Numbered from the stretch's first letter, positions 25,901-36,319 are shown. The stretch: DNA of 64,000 nt from Chrysomallon squamiferum (GCA_012295275.1 CM022665.1:37200001-37264000); one strand, 5' to 3'. Translations and numbers: made by a program. Notes: generated by a model from the sequence alone, not told the origin.

Positions 25901-28351
25901 CTAATGGTTTGCATTCCAATGAGAAACAAAATCAAAGTCATTAGAAATATAATCAGTTTTGGAGTAAAAAAGAGAAAATATTTATTAAGAATTTTAGTTT
26001 GTTTTTAAATCTTTATTTTATTTATTTATTTATTTATTTATTTCAGGATATGATGGTATTCCAATGATTCCAGTTCTGTCACCAAGGCCCTGCAAGACTC
26101 AGTCTGGAATGTCGTACAAACATAATGAAGTGTGGAAGACTAACCCATGTCAGAGCTGTACATGTCGTCATGGACAGATACATTGCTACTCACAGATGTG
26201 TCCCATAGTAACCTGCAAGAAAACAGTGCTCAGGAAGGGAGAATGTTGTCCTAGTTGTCTTGGTGAGTTTAAGAGCAAAACAAAGTTAAAAATTTAGCCC
26301 CTCATATTTTGAGGGAAAATGTATGTGAATAAAAATAATAGGATATCAAAGTTATTAATGTTTTTAAGAAACTATTTAATTATGCAATTTGAGTTGATCT
26401 TGTTTTTTTGCTTTTTTTGGTCTTATTTTAATGTTGGCATTGATGTATTTTATTATATTGGTTGTATTTTTCTCCTATTTCAATGACATATCAAAATTCA
26501 TTAAAGGTAGATAACTCCAATGAAGGCAAGGTATTAGTCCATACAATTACAGTGTTAATGTAATTCCTAAACAAAAACAAAAATTATTTTGAAAGCTTTT
26601 GTTTTATTTCTGAAATAAAATAAATGTTAAAAATGTACTTAAAAATTTAGATCTTCAGCTCAAAAATGTTTTTACATTTAAACTCTATTTATATTTTATG
26701 TATCTAGATGACAACACTAAGAGTATGTGTACAAGTAACAACATCACTTATGGTCCAGGAGAGACCTGGCTGTCTGACAACTGTACTGAATGTGTGTGCT
26801 CAGGAGGCAAGATTGTCTGCGTGCAAGTCACCTGTCCCATGCTTACCTGCACAGTTCTCATCCGCAAATCCAATCAGTGTTGTCCTGTGTGCTTAGGTAT
26901 GTATTTTACACCTGTACGTTCATTTGATAATTATTTTTATTTTTGGACATTTGATTTTGTTTTATTCATTTTTATTATTTCATTTTGCCTTTATTATTAA
27001 TTTTTCTTAAATCTAGTCTTAAATAAAGCATCTGACAAATTTTAAAGAATTTATTTTTAGAAAACTGGATTTGAAAGCATAATGCATATGATGCAAATTG
27101 GATTATGCAAAAGCATTTGACAGACATAGAAATGAATATCTGTTGTGAAATATGTTTGCTGCCACTTTTTTCCAATTATTTCAAATTTTCTTCAGATACA
27201 TCAACATCTAATCTGATTCTGACAGAAGAAAACAAATGGATGGAGGCTGTAACAGAAGATAAAGAAGAAAAGTTTACTGAAGGTAATTAGAATTAAAATA
27301 ACTGAGTTAACTGTGTGAGGTAAAAGTAGACAGCATCATAACATTTTATACAAATATGAATTTTTTATGTATTTCTGTTATATAATAAAAGCAAATTGTG
27401 CAGTTAATATAAAAAGCTAATTTAATTTGACAGTGTCACATTACAATTTCACGTTTTTTTAGCTGGATATAGTAATTGAATAAGAGATATGAAATAAAAT
27501 ACTAATTTAATCCAATATTTCAAATCTTTGCAACTGAACTGAATATTGTAATTGCATTTCAAATCTTTGTAGACTAAAAGAAATTTATGTCTCATACCAA
27601 CATTAATGGCATTATCAAAATTTGTTTTCATTTTTGAAAAGCACATACTTGTTATTTCAAAATAAGTTGCTAATATAAATAATGATTTTGATTATTTATT
27701 TATTTATTTAATTATTAAGGAACTTAGAAAGATTATAACACTTGTATCATTGGTAATATCTTTTTATTAATAATACCTGTATTCTGTTTTCATACAGCAT
27801 TTATTATTTTTCATTTACTTATTATGGTAACAAACATTTATTTTTATCACTTTTTATAACAAATTTCTTATTATTTTTTTTTTTTTTTTTTTTTTTTCAA
27901 TATCTCAGGTCCTACTGAAGATTTTCAGGCAAAGGAGAGATATATAATTGGAATTGCCTCCCTTGGTGTTCTTCTGTCGCTGGCATTGGTTGCTGTTTTA
28001 GTCCTCGTTCTTGTAATTTTTCGCCGAAGACACACTGGCATTTTTAAAATGGTGGAAAGTCCTGTAGTCACAGACATTCGTATTCGACCTAAATCGACAA
28101 ATCTTGAATTGCAAGGAGTGAATCCCTTTCTGATGGATTCGCCAAGTAAACATTTGAACTGTGAATCAAAAAATTTGCTGGAGAAGCCGCTGGTTTCACT
28201 GAGGCCACCAGTTATTCCCCCTGACAAAATGAACCTGGCAGACATTGCTAGCAAGCAGTTTCAGTGTTTACATTCTACTACGGACCCCCTTATAGACAAA
28301 CCAGTTTCCAATGGCAACTGTATGACAAACAATACTTACGACCAGGTGTAA
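8748..28351 (+). CDS. CRIM1: CRIM1, cysteine-rich motor neuron 1 (cysteine-rich transmembrane BMP regulator), 5'-partial gene model; join(8748..8872,21575..21757,22084..22254,23147..23263,24091..24345,24783..25031,25511..25723,26047..26262,26708..26896,27196..27282,27909..28351)
   Basis: All introns are GT-AG and phase-compatible, giving about 748 aa in one frame. Domain order is 2 VWC, 4 antistasin-like, 4 VWC, TM, then a tail ending YDQV*, the CRIM1 architecture. Motifs such as ESWHDGCRLCYC, VEGETW and VLRKGECCP match recalled human CRIM1. The signal peptide and IGFBP exons were not found, so they lie upstream of base 1. Confidence 0.95.
8938..9000 (+). mobile_element. Family A fragment
   Basis: atggaatgtacttgcctgtctatggaaaactgtagataaaagatatctgataatt aligns with the core of the 1385-1600 copy. 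Confidence 0.4.
10780..11160. repeat. Diverged tandem duplication
   Basis: ccaccccattttat, ttctttataacaaaact and tctag(a/c)tctgccctga(t/c)tgtag each occur twice in the same order. Confidence 0.7.
11630..11766. repeat. (AGT/AGC)n degenerate trinucleotide repeat
   Basis: Read directly. Confidence 0.85.
11835..12070 (+). mobile_element. Family A decayed copy
   Basis: ccatggtatatg..ggaaggtgcattcattaaatccctggctg core; ends in a taaacatttattt tail. Confidence 0.5.
16902..17070 (-). mobile_element. Family A decayed copy, reverse orientation
   Basis: gttagcagccagggatcttttatattca is the reverse complement of the core tataaaagatccctggctgctaa. Confidence 0.55.
18137..18567. repeat. 28-bp minisatellite, about 15 units
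   Basis: Unit taccctgtggctatataatagcatagat; two exact copies from 18181, the others diverged. Confidence 0.9.
18714..18793. repeat. Interrupted (GT)n microsatellite
   Basis: Read directly. Confidence 0.92.
20045..20310. repeat. Degenerate minisatellite (about 14-18 bp units)
   Basis: Repeated tcaagg(c/t)tg(g/t)tctgt(a/g) units. Confidence 0.8.
21575..21757 (+). CDS. CRIM1: CRIM1 exon, VWC1
   Basis: ttccag|AT..G|gtatgg; CKYNGKRYRDGESW...GECCPVCK. Confidence 0.95.
21790..22030. repeat. (TTA/TCA/TTG)n trinucleotide low-complexity tract filling most of a CRIM1 intron
   Basis: Read directly. Confidence 0.85.
22084..22254 (+). CDS. CRIM1: CRIM1 exon, VWC2
   Basis: gacag|GA..G|gtgagt; CVSDSGQLYNNSEVW...GQCCPVCD. 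Confidence 0.95.
22926..22987. repeat. (GT)n microsatellite
   Basis: Read directly. Confidence 0.95.
23147..23263 (+). CDS. CRIM1: CRIM1 exon, antistasin-like repeat 1
   Basis: tttcag|AC..G|gtaaac; CPSSQNCSMMCPNGLEMSEDDCFLCKC. Confidence 0.92.
23874..24080. repeat. Tandem duplication abutting a CRIM1 acceptor
   Basis: cttactattaa(t/c)agtagaaata..tggatat(c/a)acattgtttattaat at about 23875 and about 24030, with a partial copy at about 23960. Confidence 0.8.
24091..24345 (+). CDS. CRIM1: CRIM1 exon, antistasin-like repeats 2-4
   Basis: tttcag|AA..G|gtaagt; three CxxxCxxG...CxC units. Confidence 0.95.
24783..25031 (+). CDS. CRIM1: CRIM1 exon, VWC3
   Basis: ttacag|AG..G|gtaatc; GESWHDGCRLCYCHRGKEMCSLIACPVPRC. 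Confidence 0.95.
25511..25723 (+). CDS. CRIM1: CRIM1 exon, VWC4
   Basis: aaaag|GT..G|gttagt; VEGETWQMDECTQCICHDG. Confidence 0.93.
26047..26262 (+). CDS. CRIM1: CRIM1 exon, VWC5
   Basis: tttcag|GA..G|gtgagt; EVWKTNPCQSCTC...VLRKGECCPSCL. Confidence 0.95.
26708..26896 (+). CDS. CRIM1: CRIM1 exon, VWC6
   Basis: atctag|AT..G|gtatgt; GETWLSDNCTECVCSGG...QCCPVCL. Confidence 0.95.
   Translation: MTTLRVCVQVTTSLMVQERPGCLTTVLNVCAQEARLSACKSPVPCLPAQFSSANPISVVLCA
27196..27282 (+). CDS. CRIM1: CRIM1 exon, acidic juxtamembrane stalk
   Basis: cttcag|AT..G|gtaatt; 87 nt, open in the required phase (DTSTSNLILTEENKWMEAVTEDKEEKFTE); no conserved motif to confirm it. Confidence 0.75.
27909..28351 (+). CDS. 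CRIM1: CRIM1 last coding exon: TM helix and cytoplasmic tail
   Basis: tctcag|GT; hydrophobic YIIGIASLGVLLSLALVAVLVLVLVIF followed by an RRR stop-transfer; ends NNTYDQV TAA. Confidence 0.93.
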
Positions 28352-31119
28352 TGTAACAATGAAGTTACTCATAGTAGAAACTGAACTGTGTACTTTCTAG
28401 TATCCATAGCCAACTTATAACTGCTGGGTTGCAAAGCAATTCACAAAAATGATTAGTATGTTGTTGCAAATCTTTGAATAAACTTGAAGACTGCTTAGCA
28501 GAAAAAATCCTTCAAAAAAAAAAAAATAACATTGTAAATAAACATTTATATTTGTTTATATATATATATATATTTGTTTATATATATATATAAAATGCTA
28601 TAAAAGTGTGCTAAATTGACCATAGGTTTATATGGTCTGTTAGTATTTGAAATAAGAGTCAGTTTGGTTGTGAGAAACTGGTAACAGTTTTTAGGTCTAA
28701 TGGAAATTTGAAAAACCATTCAGACTTGAAGTTGATTATTTGTAATGATAAATATCATATAAATAACAGGTGCAGAAAGAAAGTTATTATGTTTTGAACT
28801 TAGATTTGCACAATTTTTAAATTTATTTTCCTTTGATTATTAAGAAGCAAATTTTATAATGGACATAAACAAAAACGCATTTATTAATTTCAAATTTGTG
28901 AATTTGCAAGTGAATCCAAGCTTCGATGATTTCGTTATTTAATTACAACATAGATAATGTAAATATTTATAAAGATAGATAATTTTAATTTTTAATAATA
29001 TAAATGGAGTGTAATGTGTTTATAAATGATTAATATTTTGCTAATTTTAATTTCTTATATATGGCACACAAGACAATGGCATTGTTAAAGCCATGTTGTT
29101 TTTGGTGTGCATTTTTTTTTTTTTTTTTTTTTTCAATAATTTTCTTTCTTTTTTTCTTTTGTTATTTTTTAAATTAACATGAACAAGATTGTTGATGTCC
29201 TTCAAACAATGCAAGCTGAAGATTATGTTATATCTGCACTTATCATAAATATAACAAATATTAAACATTTCTTGTGAAATAGAAGGTATATTGTTTACAA
29301 TAATAATAATAATAATGTTTAAACATGTGTTCTGTGATTGATCAAGAGGTTGTGAATGTGGAATACAGATAAGACTATAGCTAAGAATCATTTTACTTGT
29401 ATGTACATCTAGTCTTCATCTACTAATAATTCATTTTTAAAACAAGATTATTTTGTCCCTTTCCAACCCCTAACTCTAAACACCTTGACAAACTGATAAA
29501 ATAATTTAGCAGTATTGCTTCACCAAAAGGTTAATTCTTTATTTTAAAGATTTGATATATTATCAGACTTTTAATTTAAAGTCATTATTATTACATAACA
29601 GCTTAACGTGTCCTTTTTTTAGTTTTCCTTTTTTAAATTGCTTCCCTTGTTCTTTTTATAGCTTGGTAATTAAAAATAAAGACTTGATGTGTAAATGGAG
29701 TAAAACATTTGTGATAATACTTAAGTTAGCATGTCCACTGTCTCATTTTTGTAAGATATTTTTCATGATTATTTCTATGTTTGTGTGATGTTGTAGAGTG
29801 ATTAATGACAGAGTGAATGTTTAAAGATCAATCTTTAAGATTCCTGGATTTTTTCTTTTTTTAAATAATAACATTTATGAATAAATAAAGAAAAGAATTA
29901 TATTAAATAAATAAATATATGGTTTTTATGATTAAGTACCTTTCAAGTCAAAATATATATGTATATGTTAATGCATAAAAAAGTAAAAATAAATCATGTT
30001 TGTTTTTATGTGAAAAACTATAATAGAACCAGGCAAACAAAAAATAGAAACAGTTGTCATTTTTTAAATTGAAAGATAAGTAACAAGTTTGCATTAACTT
30101 AATACAGTTTTGAAAATTAATCATAAAATATATAAACTGTTTAAAACTTCAGAAAATACAAAATACAAAAAAAATGAAATAAAAATAAAATTAGAATTTC
30201 AGTCAAAAGAAACAATATCTCTAACTGAACTTCACATATGCCCATAGTTAAATAATAAATAAATAAATAAATGGTTGTGTTTTTTTAAATATTCATTCAT
30301 TCAACTGAATTTATTTATTAGGTATAAAAAATGTTTTGTATTCATGTTTATTAATTTGTTCTTTATATATGGAGGACTACATTTACTTATTATATATATT
30401 AGCTGTTGTCAGAGTTACAGACTTAGTAATATTTGCTTTTTCATTATATATATATGTATATATATATATATATATATATAAGAAAAAGTTAAAATTACTA
30501 CATATGTACAATACAGCATGCATTATGAAAATATTTACTAATCATTTCATAAGAAAGTTTGAGTTTTTCTGTTTTTGTCACAGAAGATTGTTACCTGGGT
30601 AGAGTTACCAAAGCATACAGCATCATTTATCATTTTAAAAAATATAGATAATCATTTTACTATTTGTTTATTATTATTTCAAACATCCTTGCATACTTCT
30701 AAATTGTATTTATATTAATCTTTAAGGGATCTATTTATCCTTATAGCAATTAAAACTTGTAATTTCTTTTTTTCAATATTATTCTATTATTATTATTGTT
30801 CTGTTTATTATTATTATTATTAATTCATTATTGATGAACATAGCACAATAATTTCTCCTAGTTACTGTGATTATACAAATGGCAGTTTTATTTAAGAACA
30901 AATTATATTTTTTGTTTAGCACTAACACAACATTCCTTGTTTTATTTGGCATTACTAATACCTTCCCATTCTAAAATTTAGATCTAGCTATACTTTAAGA
31001 ATAATGAAATTTTAGTAATATATCTGTTTAATGTATGTGTATAATAATTCTAAGAACAAAACAAAATATCAAGCCTTGAAGTAAATTCATTACTATGAAA
31101 GACTGGGATTAATAACTGA

Positions 31120-31121
<2 letters not shown>

Positions 31122-31161
<40 letters not shown>

Positions 31162-31173
31162 CCTGAGAGATAA

Positions 31174-31223
<50 letters not shown>
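31122..31223. repeat. Compound (TA)n and (CA)n microsatellite
   Basis: Read directly. Confidence 0.95.
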
Positions 31224-31225
<2 letters not shown>

Positions 31226-32220
31226 CGTGCACTTATTTACTAAGATAAAGACAACAATGCACAAAATGAGATAAAAACTTCCAGAGGACAATTGACTGCA
31301 ATTATTTTAGATTGAAAAATATTCATTCAAAAAAAACAACTTGACCAAAATATTTTCAGTGAAATATTTTGACTACATTAAATTGTTGAAGATTTCATAT
31401 ATTTGAAATTTCACATTAATTCACAATAATTATAGTGTTGTAATTTATTCAGCTGATTACTATTTAGAACAAAGTATATATTGGTGGTTGTGATTACTTT
31501 TCATGGTATTTTGGTGCATTTGTATTATTAGAAGCATTCCATAGTTTGTTATTATAAGACAGACTTGTCGTCTTCATCTTGTTGTGAATCTCAAAGTACA
31601 TGATGCCCAGGATATTGCCAATTTGGAATCAGTGACAGATATAGTTATTTAATGCATGCCTAGTTAAAGATGACGGCTGTCGGAATACTGATTATTTCCC
31701 ATAGCAAAAATTAACCATTTGATTCCAGGTAATTTAGAGCTGATAAAGAGATTATCAAGCCTTTAAATGTAGGTGATTAGTTGGTTATCTTGACTGCTGT
31801 CTTGTAAAACAAGCCATGTATCTGGATTGTGTGTCCAGATGATTGTGCTTGAACCATCAGTAGCTGTATATTAAACTGTTCATTTATTTTGGTTTTAGTT
31901 TAAGTACAGTAGGCACTATAAAACATCAAATTAAATAAAGTTTCATGTGAAACTAGAATTCTGTTATATAATGTTTATATATATATATATTTGTGTGTTT
32001 ATGAATTTTTACTGTTATATTTTTCTTTCTTAATTATTAATCATCACTGAAATAACTACAATCTCAAACAGTCTGGATGTTAATGAACTAAAAGCTATGA
32101 CTTGAAATAAACATTTTGAAACTGATTTGTGATATTAGTCCTCTTTGGATATAAAACAAAAACACTTTTTTCTTTTCTAATTTTTATTAATGTATTATTT
32201 CATTCTTTTTTCTGCTTCTA

Positions 32221-32251
<31 letters not shown>

Positions 32252-33044
32252 AAATCATTGTGTAAAATTAAACAGATAGAATTATTCTTCCATTTCATTC
32301 CTAAATGAGGCATGCATATCTTTTCACTTGCCTGCATTTTATAAATTTTGTAAATTCATTATAATACTTTCTATTTCATAACATTTGTTACCCACCTTTG
32401 TACAGTAATTATGGTAGTTTCAGCTTTTTTCTTGCTTTTTTTTTTAAAGTAAGTTTTGTGTTGCTTGCACGTTGTAACCACATGCATGTAGCTCGATCAA
32501 GTTTCTTTTTACTGGTGCATTTTGTGTTTTTCACATAATTATTGTAAATTTGTTAGTTTTTCTTTTCTTCTTGTAAATCATAATTTTGTATATTGCCTGG
32601 TGTTCTAAGTGCTGATATTTTGTATTGATTATAATAACAATAATAATGTAAAACTATTGTTGGTCTTATATATAATATGTGAAATGCTGCTTTCCTGTAA
32701 GTTGTTTTGGATTGTAAATATTTGTGCTAATATCAAAATGGCAGAGTAAAGGATCAAATGTTTCAATGTGTTCTGTTCATTTGTGTGTGTTAAAGATATA
32801 TAAAAAATTAAATTTTAATTTAAAATGGACAAACCAGCAACCTTAAAATATATCTTTACTGATACCAAGGAATAATTTAAATACACTTTGTGTACTTCCA
32901 CACGATTTACAGAATGACTGACTGATTTAATTTTTTTTACCCCTCCTCCAGTCTTAATTAATATTGAAATATGAATAAAAAAAAAAAAAAAATAAAAAAA
33001 AAAAAAAAAAATAATAATAATAATAATAAAGTAACTAAGAAAAA

Positions 33045-33111
33045 TAACCGAGCGCCTCGATGTGACGTCATTCTGTCCTAAAAGTTTTTTCTTGTCGGAA
33101 AATAATAGTAA

Positions 33112-33146
<35 letters not shown>

Positions 33147-33556
33147 AGCTGTTAATACTGACTGGCTATGAGGGGATGAAATGGTGGTAGTCAAATCTTT
33201 TGTAGCATATTTCACTATCATCGTTTGTTTTTAACGATGTTTGTTAAATAAAAGTAATAATAAAATAAAATAAATAAATAAATAATAAAAATAAAAATAA
33301 AATATAAGGAATGGTCAAGTTAGATTTGGTCTATTTTAGTCATGCTGAAGTTGATTTACGTAAACTGTTTTATAGTTGAACGCAAAGCTTATGTATTTAT
33401 TTTTAGATTACATTATAATTATTGCTGTTTATCTAAAACAAACGAAATAAATAAATAAATAATAATGGTAATTATTATTATTATTATTATTATTATATGG
33501 ATTAAAAAATCGACTGTATACTTATTTTATTTATGAGTAGCTTGTGACGTCATAAC
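33045..33556 (+). promoter_or_regulatory. SLC46-like upstream region with two palindromic CRE/ATF sites
   Basis: TGACGTCA at 33063-33070 and 33545-33552, both in the context TGTGACGTCAT. Confidence 0.45.
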
Positions 33557-33626
33557 ATGGACACCGACGATGTAAAAGCGAACGAAACAACAGATGAAAC
33601 AGCGCAGTTGTTCAGGGATGAAAAAC
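33557..33626 (+). CDS. SLC46: SLC46-like exon 1
   Basis: aacATGG good Kozak context; MDTDDVKANETTDETAQLFRDEK; C|gtgagc phase-1 donor fits the acceptor at 33966. Confidence 0.75.
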
Positions 33627-35738
33627 GTGAGCTATTCGACTTATATACTCGATCTGCTCTTCACAGAATTATTATCTTCTTTTTTTTTTCAAATTTAATT
33701 TTAAATAAATATCACGGTTGTTTTGTTTTTTTTCAGAATTAAATGTACTTAATATAATTGGTAATTTGAATAGTTAGGCGTAGCTGCAGATGAAAACAAG
33801 TAAAAAAAATATATATTTAAATAAATAAAAAAAAATTAGATTTTTGTTTTCATTTTATATACTAGCATTTGTGTTTTATTTTTATTTTATTGTATAATAA
33901 TGTTCATTCAAACTAGCAGCATTTATCAACGACCTTATCTAAAATCGTGTCTCGTTTATCTTTCAGCTGCTTATTATGGCGACGATTCTCTGTCAAATAA
34001 CACAACCGGTTCAAATCCAAAGCTGGTTCTAATAGAACTTGTAGCAGCCTTATTTTCTCTAGGAGCAGTGATGGAATTACAGATATCACAATTCTACACA
34101 TACGAACGTATCTCAGAAAATAACTTAATTAATGAGACCACCAATGGCAGTGTCTGCTCTACTACCCCTGAAAATGATGTATTTCCCAATACTGAAAATG
34201 ACATACAACAGGAAGCATCCTCAATGTTCATAATACTTCTTTTTTCGTCCACCTTCCCAGCAATCCTACCTACTCTTTATTTCGGTACATTGACAGCAAA
34301 ATATGGCAGGAAACTGGCACTGAGATGCGCCTTGTTTGGATTTCTGATAAAAAATGTAGTTCATATTTTTGTTTATCGCTGGAAGTTCTCATTGTATTAC
34401 CTGATCATTGGGAATATCATTGAAGGACTTCTTGGAGGCCTTGCAGCAGCGGTCGTGGGTTTATTTGGTATGGTGGCAGATATAACACCAGGAAATCACA
34501 TTCGTTCTTTTCGTATGACAACTGTTACTGCGGCATTAAGTGTGGCAGCGGCCTTTGGCAACGGCGTATCTGGCCTCCTTATTGACTATGTTGGATACGT
34601 TTGGATAACTATAATTCTTATTTCACTCGCATTAATTAACTTGTTTTATATTCATTATTTTCTCCCTGAAACCTTTAGGGCGTCGATAGACATGGTGTCT
34701 CTGATGCAATCCTTCAAGCAGAGTTTTTCATTTTATGTTACTGAGACAGAAGACAAAAGACGGTCTAAAATGATTCTGTGTTTTCTTTCATTTTTTCTCC
34801 ACGTTGGATTTCTTCTTCTCAACATGACAACAATGACACTTTTTCTGCTAAACAGACCCTTCTGTTGGACTAAAATACACATCACCGTCTTCGAAGCCCT
34901 TCGACAGTTCTTAAACTGGGTGGTCATACTGATTTTTGCGCATGGTTTGCGTCACGTTATTTCCGACATCGGAATGGCACTGGCTGCGTGTGGTTCATGT
35001 ATAGTATCACAAATAATTACGGCGTTTGCTGTTGAAGGATTAATATATGCAGGTATATAGTCAAATAAATTTATTTAATAAAAAAGAATGAAAAACAGCA
35101 CAAAAATACTTTCAAAGTTACAGATTTCAAATATTATTTCTGGCACTATTATCAGAACGTTGAAAAATAAATTAAAATATAGTTTAATTATTTCCTGAAG
35201 ACATTCGTTTTTAACTGCTAATGCAATAACGAATTTCCATTTCTTACAGCGGCTGTGATTGGTTCTTTAACCGATTTGTCCGCGCCAATGTTACGGACTA
35301 TCATGTCGAAGTTGGTTACGCCAATAGAACAAGGTAGAAAATACATTATTATTATTTTTTTTTTTTAAACTTTTAAAGAAGGTTGGATGATGATAATGAT
35401 GATGATGATGATAATAATAATAATAAAGCCTAAACAAATAAATTATCGAACAGTATTTAACAACAGTCACATATAAGAAATAACTTACTTATTTACTTAA
35501 TTTTTATTGCATACAGGACCACTTTTTGCTGGTCTTACTGTTACAGAAGTGATTTGTGTAACAGTGTTCAACACAGTGGCAACCTTTATATACCGGCAGA
35601 CCGTTTCCATCTTCGCTGGTACTATTTTTCTGGTTGTTGCCGTCGTTACAGTAATCGTCACTATTTTACTTATGTAAGTAATTACTAATTGTTTTTTTCT
35701 TCAGTTTTCTTTCTATTTATAATAATCGCTGTACCGAG

Positions 35739-35774
<36 letters not shown>

Positions 35775-35933
35775 TAAATCAAAACTTTTACAGTTTTTAA
35801 AAATATAAGCATGTTTCAAGCATTAAACAAAAACTGTTTAATCTCTCAGGTGCACAAAATGTCCTCCTTCAACATTTTATTTTATTTTAATTGTACTTAG
35901 CAAGTAACTTCAACCTACTTTTGGGCCACACTG

Positions 35934-35987
<54 letters not shown>

Positions 35988-36319
35988 GTCGTAATGAACA
36001 AAATATTTGCAATGAGTAAAAAAAAAAAAAAAAAAAAAAAAACCAATATAAAAAATAAAATAATAATAATAACAAAAATTTAAAAAATAAATAATAAAAT
36101 AAACCCCACATTTTAGGGATATTAAACAGTATAATAACAGACTTTCATTATTTTTATACTGAAACCTGTCATATACTCATGTTTATGATCTATTACAATT
36201 ATTATTTCAGAATGCTTGCGTCCTTAACCAGTCATGGAAATGGAGAAATTCGACCAGTTACTATGCAGGACGTCAAACTTTCACTAATGTCAAATGAAAA
36301 AGAACTGAAACCCCTGTAA
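33557..36319 (+). CDS. SLC46: SLC46-family MFS transporter (proton-coupled folate transporter / SLC46A3-like), 501 aa; join(33557..33626,33967..35052,35250..35333,35517..35673,36211..36319)
   Basis: 1506 nt, GT-AG introns, one open frame. Multiple hydrophobic helices. SLC46 hallmarks: glycosylated first loop with Cys, YGRK, VADIT, RSFRM, LPET, LNRPFCW, PMLRTIMSKLV..EQG.LF. Paralogue (A1 vs A3) not resolvable by eye. Confidence 0.9.
33967..35052 (+). CDS. SLC46: SLC46-like exon 2 (most TM helices)
   Basis: tttcag|CT..G|gtatat; lies within the 386-aa ORF 33900..35060. Confidence 0.93.
35250..35333 (+). CDS. SLC46: SLC46-like exon 3 (84 nt)
   Basis: ttacag|CG..G|gtagaa; AVIGSLTDLSAPMLRTIMSKLVTPIEQ. 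Confidence 0.92.
35517..35673 (+). CDS. SLC46: SLC46-like exon 4
   Basis: atacag|GA..AT|gtaagt; GPLFAGLTVTEVIC...IYRQTVSIFAGTIFLVV. Confidence 0.92.
35909..35935 (-). mobile_element. Tc1/mariner-type terminal inverted repeat remnant
   Basis: The - strand reads TA-CAGTGTGGCCCAAAAGTAGGTTGAA. It abuts a (TA)n tract and resembles the copy at 59336. Confidence 0.55.
35934..35983. repeat. (TA)n microsatellite
   Basis: Read directly. Confidence 0.95.
36211..36319 (+). CDS. SLC46: SLC46-like exon 5 (C-terminal tail)
   Basis: tttcag|A, phase 2; MLASLTSHGNGEIRPVTMQDVKLSLMSNEKELKPL TAA. Confidence 0.8.

Noticed and set aside
33900-33966. ATG at 33900 as the main SLC46 start
   Set aside because: There is a good acceptor at 33966 and a phase-matched upstream exon with a stronger start context at 33557. 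Kept only as a possible minor isoform.
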